Assembly: GCA_951406725.2 (NCBI GenBank)
Contig: OX597814.1
Span: forward strand, 102,982,001 to 103,046,000
DNA length: 64,000 nt
DNA from: Octopus vulgaris
Lineage: Eukaryota
Direction of reading: 5' to 3'
Shown piece after piece: positions 1-10,479 of the stretch (position 1 is the first letter of the stretch; each line of letters opens with the position of its first letter). A program made the position numbers and the translations under genes. The notes beneath the pieces are model-generated. The model had not been told where the DNA came from, searched no databases, and saw only the letters and a list, made by a program, of their open reading frames with translations.

Positions 1-207
1 TTCCGATTTTTATTACCTTCCCAACATCTCGGAAAGCTATGAGCATTCCCTTCCTCGTCATATTAGCTAACACACACACATATTTACATATATATTAATT
101 ACTGTAGAGGCATTGTTATGCTACCATAGTATACTTCCAAGGATATTAAAGGTTTCAAAAGTTAATACTGAGCCTCTGTGTGTGTGTGTAATATATATAT
201 ATATATT

Positions 208-570
208 TGTATTCGAGCTTTGGTGTTGGAGAAGACTTTTACGGACTCCATGGACAGCGAGGCTCACCGATGGAGAAGTTCTTAAGCAGATCAGGCCGAA
301 AATGTCGCCAGAAGCTAGGATCACCAAGCATAGATTGGCATATTTCGGTCATGTTATGCGGAGAAAATCCCTGGAGAAGGACATCATGCTCGGAATGGTC
401 AGTGGCAAGGGAGGAAGAGGCTGACCAAGAACCCGCTGGCTTGACACCATCAAGAGGGATACCGGAAAGGACATGGCCAATCTGAAAGAAGTGGCCCAGG
501 ATAGAACTGACTGGAGGACACTGATCCAACGAGTAACCGAGAGTCAACTTCGACTGAGTGGATAGATAGA
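208..570 (+). mobile_element. 3' end of a BovB-like RTE LINE (5'-truncated)
   Basis: Reads FELWCWRRLLRTPWTAR..LAYFGHVMRRKSLEKDIMLG..G.G.RG*PRTRWLD..DRTDWR..QRVTESQLRLSG, the typical BovB/RTE C-terminus. Ends in a short (GATA)n tail. Confidence 0.8.
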
Positions 571-1210
571 TTTCGGGACGGTCATTTTTTATTTATTTTG
601 CCAAATAAACATGTTTGTTCCTTCTCAAGCCACGCTTGGCTCATAGGGCCTGTTTCCTTGGTGTATAGGTTCCTCACCTGGACGGGACGCCGGTCCGTCG
701 CAGGTGAGCTGCAAGATGCAGGAGGAAAGAGCGAGAGAAAGTTGTAGCGAAAGAGTCAGCAGAAATTCGCCATTTCCTCCCGATCATGCTGCCATCTTGC
801 TCATAAGCACGCACATCGCCCGGTCTGAGATTCGAACCCGCGATCCCTCGACCGCGAGTCCGCTGCTCTAACCACTAAGCCATGTGCCTCCACTGCCAAA
901 TAAAAACTATATATTCGTTCTTCACTTTTATTACTGTTCTTATTCTAATTCGTGTCCCTTGTCCGGAAATCTTTCGTCACACATCTGTGACCTCCTCAGC
1001 GACATTTTCTTTTTTTTGTATGTGCTCTTCGTACGAAGAACAGAATGGAATAAGTAGACGGAAAGTGTCGCTGAGGGTGTTACAGGTGTGTGACGAAAGA
1101 TTTCCGGACACGGGACATGAGTTAATATAGGAACAGTAATTAACGAGTGAAGAACGAATATATAGTGCATGTGTGTATTTGGCGGAAAAAGAAAATGACC
1201 GTCCCGAAAT
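570..1210. mobile_element. Foldback (palindromic) MITE interrupted by a SINE
   Basis: ATTTCGGGACGGTCATTTT (570-588) is the reverse complement of 1192-1210. The arms pair inward to a central TCTTCGTACGAAGA (1026-1039). Confidence 0.75.
610..893 (-). mobile_element. tRNA-derived SINE
   Basis: Minus-strand head TGGCTTAGTGGTTAGAGC..GGTTCGAATC (Pol III A/B boxes). Flanked by the 11-bp direct repeat TGCCAAATAAA (599-609, 894-904). Confidence 0.85.
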
Positions 1211-1212
1211 AG

Positions 1213-2316
1213 AAGTCCTAATAAGTAGGAGGGCAGGCAAACCACAAATCCCTTCAGGTAAATGGCCCTGCTCGATCTGTAGAAAGGGCGTAGGTAGAAA
1301 CTCTATAAGATGTACCCAGTGTAAGCTATGGACACATAAGAGGTGCAGCAATATCAAAGGAAGGCTAACTAGGAAGATAGTTTTTGTAAGTAGCAGATGC
1401 TCAAGAGCAATAAACACTGAAACTGTGCAGAGAACAACTTCCGCCACATTCCAGGGAATGAAGCCAGCATGATTCAGTGGATGTGTAATGCCAGTGTGCA
1501 TACTCGACAGAGTGGAAGTACGTTGAGAGAAAAGTTGGGCCTAAGAAGCATCAAATGTGGTGAGCAAGAGAGATGACTGCGCTGGTATGGTCGTGTGGCA
1601 AGAATGGATGAGGATAGCTGTGTGAAAAAGTACCACACCCTAGCGATTGAGGGAACCTGTGGAAGAGGTAGACCCAGGAAGACCTGGGATGAAGTGGTGA
1701 AGTACGACCTTCGAACTTTAGGCCTCACCAAGGAAATGACTAGTGACCGAGACTTTTGGAAATATGCTGTGCTTGAGAAGACCCGGCAAGCCAAATGAGA
1801 CCATAACCTCGTGGCCTATGCCAGAAGCGTAACCAGCCCACTTATGCGTACCTTTTCCTTCTTTGGACACTAAACTCTGCTTGCGAAGACCTATTGAGGC
1901 AAGTGAAATCAAAATCAAACTGAATGACTGGCATCCGTGCTAGCGAGGTGCAAAGAGCACCATACAAGTGTGATCGTTGACAGAGCGGCTAACCAGCTTC
2001 CGTGTCAGTGGCACATATGGGTACCATTCGAGCATGATCGTTACCAGCATCGCCTTACTGGCACCTGTGCTGGTGGCATATGTAAAAAGATTCAAGCAAG
2101 GTCGCTGCCAGTACCGCCTGACTGGCCCCCGTGCTGGTGGTACGTAAAAAGCACCCACTACACTCTTGGAGTGGTTGGCTTTAGGAAGGGAATCCAGCTG
2201 TAGAAACTCTGCCAGATCAAGATTGGAGCCTGGTGGAGCCATCTGGTTCGCCAACCCTCAGTCAAAATCGTCCAACCCATGCTAGCATGGAAAGCGGACG
2301 TTAAACGATGATGATG

Positions 2317-2318
<2 letters not shown>
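1213..2318 (+). mobile_element. RTE LINE 3' fragment (PHD-like finger, C-terminus, tandem-repeat 3' UTR, (GAT)n tail)
   Basis: WPCSICRKGVGRNSIRCTQCKLWTHKRC, LRWYGRVARMDEDS, GRGRPRKTW. Ends CATGGAAAGCGGACGTTAAACGATGATGATGAT. Confidence 0.9.
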
Positions 2319-2367
<49 letters not shown>

Positions 2368-2479
2368 TCCATACATATCCCTACATATATTTTTTATGTA
2401 TATAGAGAGACATCTGCATATAACTGTGTGAATATATAAAAATATGGGTATAAAAGAGTACATGATCATATGTAGCTTT

Positions 2480-2890
2480 GATTACCCTGTTTAGTTGGTG
2501 TTTCCATGTGCATTGTTGGGATAGTAATTCTATCAGCTTTAATATTATTTTTGGTGTGTATTTATGGATAAAATATTCTTCTTTGGCTTTGTGAAAATGT
2601 TTGCTTTCTGTTCATATTATAAAAGAAAGGGAATATTAAAAATTTTTTTTTGCCTCATTTTTCAAAATGTTCACAAGTTGTGCCTCTAACACAGGGATCA
2701 TGGATTTGTTGTTTATGCACCCTTATTCTTTCATATAATCCAATACTTGTTTCCCCAATGTAGTATTCTTTGCATTTGGGCCATGAGGCACAGTAAATCA
2801 AGATTCCGGATTTGCAATTCATATTTGCATTGGTTTTTAAAATGTTTTTCTTTTTCGCATGTTCCACAATGAGGGTCTTTTTGTCACTTG
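2480..2890 (-). mobile_element. Penelope-like element remnant, GIY-YIG endonuclease
   Basis: ORF 2655..2963 contains NCKSGILIYCASWPKCKEYYIGETSIGLYERIRVHK (C..IY..C..YIGET..L..R..H). Lies next to a (TA)n tract. Confidence 0.75.
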
Positions 2891-3125
2891 TTGTAAATCT
2901 TGTTTTTCCATTTGGCAGGCCTGGTTGCTGGCACATAGGCAGAGATGATTGTTGTTGTTCCACTCTGCAAAACTAGTCTAAGCTTAAGTACCCTATCAGA
3001 TACACTGCCTACTTCAGTCACCTTACTGACCCATTTCTCTGCTAGAAGTATACCCACAACTCCTACCCCATCGTTATTGCCCTCCCAGAAAAATTTACAC
3101 CTATGCTTTTTGCCTAGGAGGAACC
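2891..3125 (-). mobile_element. RTE LINE AP-endonuclease fragment
   Basis: KFFWEGNNDGVGVVGILLAEKWVSKVTEVGSVSDRVLKLRLVLQSGTTTIISAYVP. Confidence 0.8.
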
Positions 3126-3209
3126 TGGATGAAGCATACATATATACAGGCACACACATATATGCATACACATACATATATATGTATGTATGTGTATCAA
3201 TGTAATAAA

Positions 3210-3720
3210 GGAAAAAAGGATTAAAATCCGGGTGTATACTTTTTAAGCATTCCATAGGGCCAACCTTGGCTAACTAGATAAGTTGTCCAGTGAATGTCAT
3301 TGTAATCCCTGTCAGTTGCAAAAATATACAATTGTCTGTCCAATTTGTAAAGCCAAAGTTCAAACACTAAATAAATTTCATATAAGGCCAAAGATTGGAA
3401 AAGGAAAACAGAAAGAATGGAGAATTATACATTCTTTAATTTGCTTCCATACATTTTGGATAGTATAGTCATTTTTCATTCAAACAATATGCCCTACCCC
3501 CCATCTACACTGAATTCTCATCAGCATGCTTTGGATACTGGAGATATCACATTTTTCTAAGATTTTGGCGTTGGATATTTTATCTTGCCATTTTATGGTG
3601 CATATGTTGTGCGAACAGCACATGGGGGAAAGTTTCAAGTTTCTTTATGTGTCTGTAGTAGGGAGTCCATGTTTCTGCCCCATTCAAATGTGTGCTCAAA
3701 ATACAAGATTTGTATACACT
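3210..3720 (-). mobile_element. Degenerate LINE (RTE/BovB-type) C-terminal fragment
   Basis: Minus strand reads GAETWTPY.RHIKKLE..WQDKISNAKILEKCDISSIQSML with frameshifts. Confidence 0.6.
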
Positions 3721-3942
3721 TAGTAAGTAGTAAGGCAAACACATCACAAACCCCTTCAGGTAGATGGCCTTGCTTGATCTGAAGAAAAGGTGTAGGTAGA
3801 AACTCCATAAGATGTACCCATTATAAGCTATGGATGCATAAGAGGTGCTGCAACATCAAAGGAAGGTTAACTGGGAAGATAGCTTTTGTGTGCAACAGAT
3901 GCACAGGGGGCAATAAATACCGCAGATGCTCAGAAAACTGTT

Positions 3943-4663
3943 TCAAAGTAGACTAAACTTTTCATATGCTACCAAACAGATAACAACACCCTACATGAGT
4001 GAAGACCTTCTTTAGCCTGGGGTGCCAGTGTTTCTCCTTTTCCTACCCACTGTCTTTTGCACTTGACATTTTCCTATAGAACTCATTTCTCATCACTAGT
4101 CTCTATTCGACCTGAAAAAGGTTCATTTGTGAGATGTGACAGCAAAGAAGAGCTCACATTCAGTCTCTGCACACGATTAGACTTGGAAAGTTTGTGAGGA
4201 AACCATTGATCCAATTTGTTGACTTTTCCAATGGCACTCAGATATCAATGAATCGTTGACTGACCAAATCCAAGCTTCTCTGCGAGTTCCTCAACAATTA
4301 AAATGGGATTTTGTTCCACCAGGGTTTGCAGGATGTCCTTTCAGGACAAGGCTCATCTTCTAGGCTTTAGTTTTCAGCCCAGAATTTCTGGAACCACCAT
4401 TGACATTGGCTTATGCTTATTGTCCAATATTCCTTGTATTTTCTGGCAAAATATGCTCCTTTGTCACTTCCATTATAGCTTTGAAAAAAAAAAAAAACTG
4501 TTAAAAATCGAACTGGACTCTTTAAAACTTGCACTAAGAATAAGTGCAAGGTAAAATTACTACCTGCTTTTAAAGCAAATTGATGCAGGTAGTTTATTCC
4601 ATCCCCGCCAACTTTTAGTTCATGTAAATGAAAAAACCGCAATATTTATGGGATGACCCAATA
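3943..4663 (-). mobile_element. Mariner transposon 5' half (pseudogenised transposase)
   Basis: TIR-like TATTGGGTCATCCCATAAATATTGCGGTTTTTT (rc of 4631-4663). Broken frames read QWWFQKF, ELAEKLGF, IGKVNKLDQWFPHKLS, RIETSDEK, KEGLH..VLLSVW. Cut off by an RTE fragment at 3721-3940. Confidence 0.8.
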
Positions 4664-5202
4664 CTTGGCTTCCCTACTTAAATTAGATATTTTAGGAGCA
4701 TTGCTATCTCAGAAGGTAAGGAGTGGGGATTTTAAAAAAGAATAAAATGTTGGAAAATCATATTTCTTATGATTGTATCTACATTTTTCTATATGTTGGA
4801 CTATATTGTCCTTAATTTTATATAACAATAGAGGTGGATGGTCTGAGAGAAATTTAGCTGTTGTTTCTAACATGTTAAGCAACCACACTGAGGCCTCCTT
4901 CATCTCATCTGCTGATTGCTGGTTAGCATAAATCCATGCACGTACAAAATGAACAGTGGAATATAAAATCCTCTGGAAGGTTTGTGTTGAGCAGGTGTGG
5001 GTAGTACAAAACCAGGAGGGAAAGGTGGAATATTAAATAAATTTGAAATTAAAAAATTTAACCTCCATATTTTTAAACACGGAATTTATTTATCTATTGA
5101 CAAAATCGTAATGTCTGTTGTTGAAAGGAATCCCCGAAAATGTTTTTGAAAAAAAAAAAAATCTTGTGTGATGCAACTGTGACACACCCACTGAAATTAT
5201 AA

Positions 5203-5973
5203 TCTTCTCTATATATAAAAGGCAGTTTGTCTGTCTGTGTGTCTGTCAGGTTGTACCCTTACCCTGACCACGGCTTTCAACCGATTCTGATGAAACTTGA
5301 CACACACATAGCCCAATGTCATAATTCAAAACTAACGCAGAGAAAATTTTGAAAAGTTCCTCCAGTTCTGAAAAAAATAGATAAATTCGACATGGGATCG
5401 AGAATCTAAGCTTATCATATGCAACACATTTTCCGTTGTAGTTTTCGCAACTTGCAATCGATTTTCACCAAACTCATGGTGAAGCTTAATGTTACCCTAA
5501 GGAACTTAATTCTGACGTTAGTTTTCCATGCAATACCTTACCATCAGAAAAAATCGATAAAATCAGTCCATTTTGGGAAATCGCATTCAAATTCAAGATG
5601 ACATATTTTCGACAATATCTTTAACAAATTGGCAGGAATTTTTTTTTAAAATTCACAGCGAGCATCATGTCTGCTCCAAGGAGCTATATGGCCCTTTTGA
5701 TTCCAATAGGATACGTTATTACTGGAAAAAATCGGTTAATTACATCATATGTGGCACACATAGCAAACCGATTTTTCTGCGATATTTTTTGAAAGTTCAC
5801 ATAGATATTCCCTACTTCTTCATGCATGCAAGGGAACGGTGCCTTGAATGCCTTTTAGGCTTCATTTTACAAAATAACAATTCAATGAGTACAAAAAAGG
5901 GTAAAAAGGTAAAGGGCATTGCTTATCGACAAAGTTTCTTACATACCCGGGCAACGCCGGGCTATGCTGCTAG
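5203..5973 (+). mobile_element. Non-autonomous Helitron
   Basis: 5' A|TC..TATATATAAAA start; 3' hairpin CCCGGGCAACGCCGGG followed by CTAG|T; no TSD. Confidence 0.8.
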
Positions 5974-7409
5974 TTACTGATATTAATTTTCTCTTATTTA
6001 TTTATGAGATCATTTAGCTACTGATAAAAATTACACCTTGACCTACAGCTCCTCAAAAGTAGCCCTGCTGTTAAAATGAACCTTTGAACTTTAGCCTAAA
6101 ACTCTTTACATGAAAAATCCACTTTGATATATAGGTCCTATATTATAGGGTAATGATCAAAGGTGTTCGAGGTATGACCTCACTGTCTGCTTTTTCAGTA
6201 CAGTATATCTAAAACTGCAATATCTAACAGGTTCTCTCTTTTTGTAGAATGGTAGTATGATATGAAAGACATCTGGCACCTATTTCTAGTAGTCAACTGA
6301 ATGAGGCCAACCCTCGTTAGCCTAATACGATGTGCTGGTGTGGTATAGTCTAGTCTTGTGTGGTTGAATGCAGAGTATAGTATGGTCTGTTGTGGTATAA
6401 TGTAGTGTTGTATGGGATAATAAGGCCTGGCGTTGTTTATAGTGTAACCTTCTGTGGTTTAAGGCCTTAGAAAATCCATGTTCTAACGCTTGAGCAACTT
6501 AAAAACGTGTAATTCACAATTCTCTTATATTCAAATATGGTTAATTCAACAAGGAAAACCATATTTTTCTATTTTTTGTTTTGTAAACATTTAACTTTGA
6601 AGTTAAAGTTTATTAGACACTTCTTGAGGATTACTCTGGTAATTTGTTATTTGAACAGTGTATATCACGAAATTAAAGCGGTTTAAAAAACCCTTAAAGG
6701 CGGTATGCTGTATTCAAAGATTGAACCTGTAATCTGCATTCAAGAGTTGTCTCTCTTGACTACATTTATTGTTAGGCCTCTCTCTGTACATCATCGTCAT
6801 TTGATGTCTGTTTTCCATGCTGGCATGGGTAGAACGGATTGACAGGAGCTTAAGCTCCAATTGTCTGTTTTGGCATAGTTTCTACGGCTGGATGCTCTTC
6901 CTAACACCAAATGTGTTGGGTGCTTTTACGTGACATGGGTACGATTGCTTTTTACATTGTGCTGGTACGGCAGGAGCGCTTTTGTTAATTGTTTTGAACC
7001 ATCATTGTCAAATTATAAGAAATCAGTTTTACGTAGTTCCCCTCATCACATAAAGAGGCCAGGTTGAAAAAATGGGTGAATAACGTTATCTACTAATACT
7101 GAAAGATAGCCATAAAATTCTTGGCAACACAAAATATTTTTCAATATAAAATATTAGTTTATATCATAAAAATGTTCTCAGCAAATTCATCTTTGGGCTA
7201 AAATATTGACTTTATAACTTATTATTTTTAGCCTAAAGATATTTTGTTGTATATTCAAATGTTGTAAATATTAAAACTTATCCATCGAGGACTATGGAAA
7301 GATAAACGTTTACATGTGGTGCACCTGAGCACTGTATACAATCATTATTATTATTATCATCATCATAATTAGTCATTTTTTTTTTACTACCCACAAGGGA
7401 ACAAACAAG

Positions 7410-8344
7410 GGTGATCTTTCGTTTGTAGTAGCACGTTTCCGTCGATGATTTCCGTAAAAAACTTTAATTTTTACATATGGCCTTGCGGGAACATTTGAAG
7501 TAATGAGAGCGAAAGAGACTAAGAGGAAGCGATTTTATGACGAGGGAATTTCTTTTGAAGTTATCAAAGCATTGATGTACATGTGTGTGTGCGTGTGTGT
7601 TTGATGGGGTGTGGGAGACAGTATGTTGTGTAAGTGAAGTGCTTCTGTTAGTGTGTGTGAAGAGACAGAGAGAGTAATGCGTGAAAGAGAGAGATAACTG
7701 AAATTTTTTACTCGGTGTATGTGTATATGTATGTATGTGTATGTGTGTATGTATGTATGGCCGATTCAGTGTAAGTTTTTACTCGGTGTATGTGTATATG
7801 TATGTCTGAATGTATGTGTGTGTGTGTATGTATGTATGTATGGCCGATTCAGTGTACACTGAATCGGCCACACATACATATACACATACACCGAGTAAAA
7901 AATTACACTGAATCAGCCATACATACATACATACACACACACATACATAGATACATACACACACACATACATAGATACATACACACACACATACATAGAT
8001 ACATACACACACACACATACATGCATACATACATATACACATACACCGAGTAAAAAATTTCAGTTATCTCTCTCTTTCACACATTACTCTCTCTGTCTCT
8101 TCACACACACTAACAGAAGCACTTCACTTACACAACATACTGTCTGTCTCCCACACCCCATCAAACACACACATGTACATCAATGCTTTGATAACTTCAA
8201 AAGAAATTCCCTCGTCATAAAATCGCTTCCTCTTAGTCTCTTTCGCTCTCATTACTTCAAATGTTCCCGCAAGGCCATATGTAAAAAAATAAAAGTTTTT
8301 TACGGAAATCGACGGAAACGTGCTACTACAAACGAAAGATCGCC
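7410..8344. mobile_element. ~935-bp zero-spacer palindromic MITE (GG termini, 8-bp TSD; Merlin-like)
   Basis: The arms are near-perfect reverse complements meeting at GGCCGATTCAGTGT|ACACTGAATCGGCC (centre 7855/7856). Direct repeat CAAACAAG at 7402-7409 and 8345-8352. Confidence 0.85.
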
Positions 8345-8504
8345 CAAACAAGGTCAGACAAAGGGATTAAGTCAAGTACATCGGTTAAACTAAAGCGTTA
8401 AACCCAGTAAAAAGAAAACAAAAAAAAAATTGTGTAATAGGCGTATAACAACTTCCTCTAAACGAATATGAAAAAAAATGCGCGCACGTGAAAGGGGAGT
8501 AACT

Positions 8505-8640
8505 AGTACTTAATTTATCGACCCCGAAAGGATGAAAGGTAAAGTCGACCTCGGCGGAATTTGAACTCAGAACGTAACGGCAGACGAAATACAGCTACGC
8601 CTTTCGCCCCGTGCGCTAACGTTTCTGCCAGCTCGCCACC
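8505..8640 (-). mobile_element. tRNA-derived SINE 5' part
   Basis: rc reads GGCGAGCTGGCAGAAACGTTAGC..GAGTTCAAATTCCGCCGAGGTCGAC. A related copy lies at 57316-57415 (+). Confidence 0.75.
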
Positions 8641-8669
8641 TATAATTAGTCATTTTAGAGGTAATTAAC

Positions 8670-8923
8670 TGCAGAGCCGCAACCGGAAGCGGAACTGAAG
8701 GAAGTGTTATAAAAGCCACGTGGTGTTTGTCCCTTTGTTTATTTGGAAGTTTGGGGTTTATTTATTTCTGTCTTGGCTTTTATTATCTTCGTTAAGTTTC
8801 TCACCGAAAAGGAAGTATTTAAATGAGTGCAGCAAAACACATTCCACTCTAAACAATCTGTGTTATTCTCTGTCATCGCAGAACGTCACTAATCACATCG
8901 GATTCCATTGTTTTACATGTCTT
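8670..8923 (+). promoter_or_regulatory. Candidate SHQ1 promoter and non-coding first exon
   Basis: Tandem ETS-type CCGGAAG/CGGAAC/GGAAGTG (8683-8706), TATAAAAG (8708-8715), E-box CCACGTGG (8716-8723) and a GTAAGT donor at 8924. The SHQ1 ATG exon has an acceptor 12 nt upstream, implying an upstream exon. Confidence 0.45.
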
Positions 8924-9842
8924 GTAAGTTTATTTACCTCAGATAATTTTATGTAAAAAAAAATGAACAGACACAAAAGACTGTTATAAAATATATATTT
9001 TGTTTATATTTATTTAATGTAATGTTCTCCTTGTGTGTTAATGAATCTGATTACAATCTCATCCTTTTATTTTTAGCTTAACCAAAAATGACGATAATAA
9101 ATGTTAAACATTCAATGAAAGCCGTTGACTGTTTATACATGTGGCTACTACTTAACAAGAGTGGTCCCGGTGCGCGCATGTTTGTATTTCTAGGCTGAAT
9201 ACATATTAAAGAAAATTAAATAATATTTTTCGAACAAAGTAAATAAAACGCAAACTAAATAATTTTTAAACTAAGTAAATAAATTTTTGGCGATGCTTCG
9301 GTATATGTACACACGTGACTTTGTTTACATTTCTGAAGATAACAGAAAGTTTTACATAATCTGAAATGTCATTAGTTGAACTATTTGTCCTCTTGTATTC
9401 CTGGTTGTATCGGAGCTTTTCAGTGACATTAGACCTCCCCCTCAACATACGCCCTTAAATTAAATACATCCATCTGTGCCTGACGGCCACGGTCGTGGCC
9501 TGTCGCGCCTTATGTGTTAAGGCATTCCCGAAAGAATTCAGGCTGTTGGTTCCTGTAAACATTAAATGACAACAAATGAAATAACCAAGAAAACGTTCAT
9601 TTTGTCTTGAATCCCGTTTATTGAACTTAAAATGTTAAACAGAATTTATAAAAATCTCCTGCGACGACATTCAGCCGGCTTAAAAGCAGTGATACATCAG
9701 AGGATGACTGCAATTTGGTGTCCCACCTTACTTTGTTTCCGCATAACTTTCTAAAAATTTTACACTTTCTTTATGAAAAATTTGCTGAGAGATGTTGATA
9801 AAATTATTGTCATGAGATAAATAATTTACGAAGTATTACGCT

Positions 9843-10123
9843 CAGGAGTAGCTGTGTGGTAAGTAGCTTGCTCATCAACCCCATGGTTCCAGGTTCAGTC
9901 CCACTGTGTGACACCTTGGGCAAGTCTTCTACTATAAACTCGAGCCGACCAAAGCCTTGTGAATGGATTTGGTAGACGGAAACTGAAAGAAGCCCGTTGT
10001 ATATATAATTTTTTTTTTGCATATTTGTAATCTCAGACATCTATCTATAACGTAGGAATCCGAAAAAAATTTTTACAGATGTATTTTTCAAGGAGAGGTG
10101 CGTAACTGCATTAGCCCTTTAGT

Positions 10124-10168
<45 letters not shown>

Positions 10169-10410
10169 GATGAGCTTTAGCCCTATATATATATGTGTGT
10201 GTGTCTGTCTGTTTGTCCCCCCCCCCCCATCATCGCTTGACAACCGATGTTTGTGTATTTACATTCCCATGACTTAGCGGTTCGGCAAAAGAGACCAATG
10301 GAATAAGTTACTAGGCTTACAAATAATAAGTTCTGGGGTTGACGTGTTTGACTAAAGGCGGTACTCCAACATGGCTGCAGTCAAATGACTGAAACAAATA
10401 AAAGAATAAT
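9843..10410 (+). mobile_element. tRNA-derived SINE (interrupted, with microsatellite core)
   Basis: GCTGTGTGGTAAGTAGCTTGC..GGTTCAGTCCC head; tail GGCTGCAGTCAAATGACTGAAACAAATAAAAG. Same family at 29597-29740 and 35510-35900. Confidence 0.75.
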
Positions 10411-10479
10411 AAATAGTTATAACTAATATATTGAACCTAATGCAGTTCATAAACTTGTTCTCGTCTTAGAGTACCCTTC

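Noticed and set aside
815-892. tRNA gene
   Set aside because: A and B boxes are present but there is no complete cloverleaf. It is the head of a TSD-flanked SINE; the other tRNA-like heads are also parts of repeats.
7779-8053. Paired Cys/Val- and His/Thr-rich ORFs on both strands
   Set aside because: Translation artefacts of (GT)n/(ATGT)n microsatellites inside the palindrome; the same applies to (TA)n-derived YIYI ORFs elsewhere.
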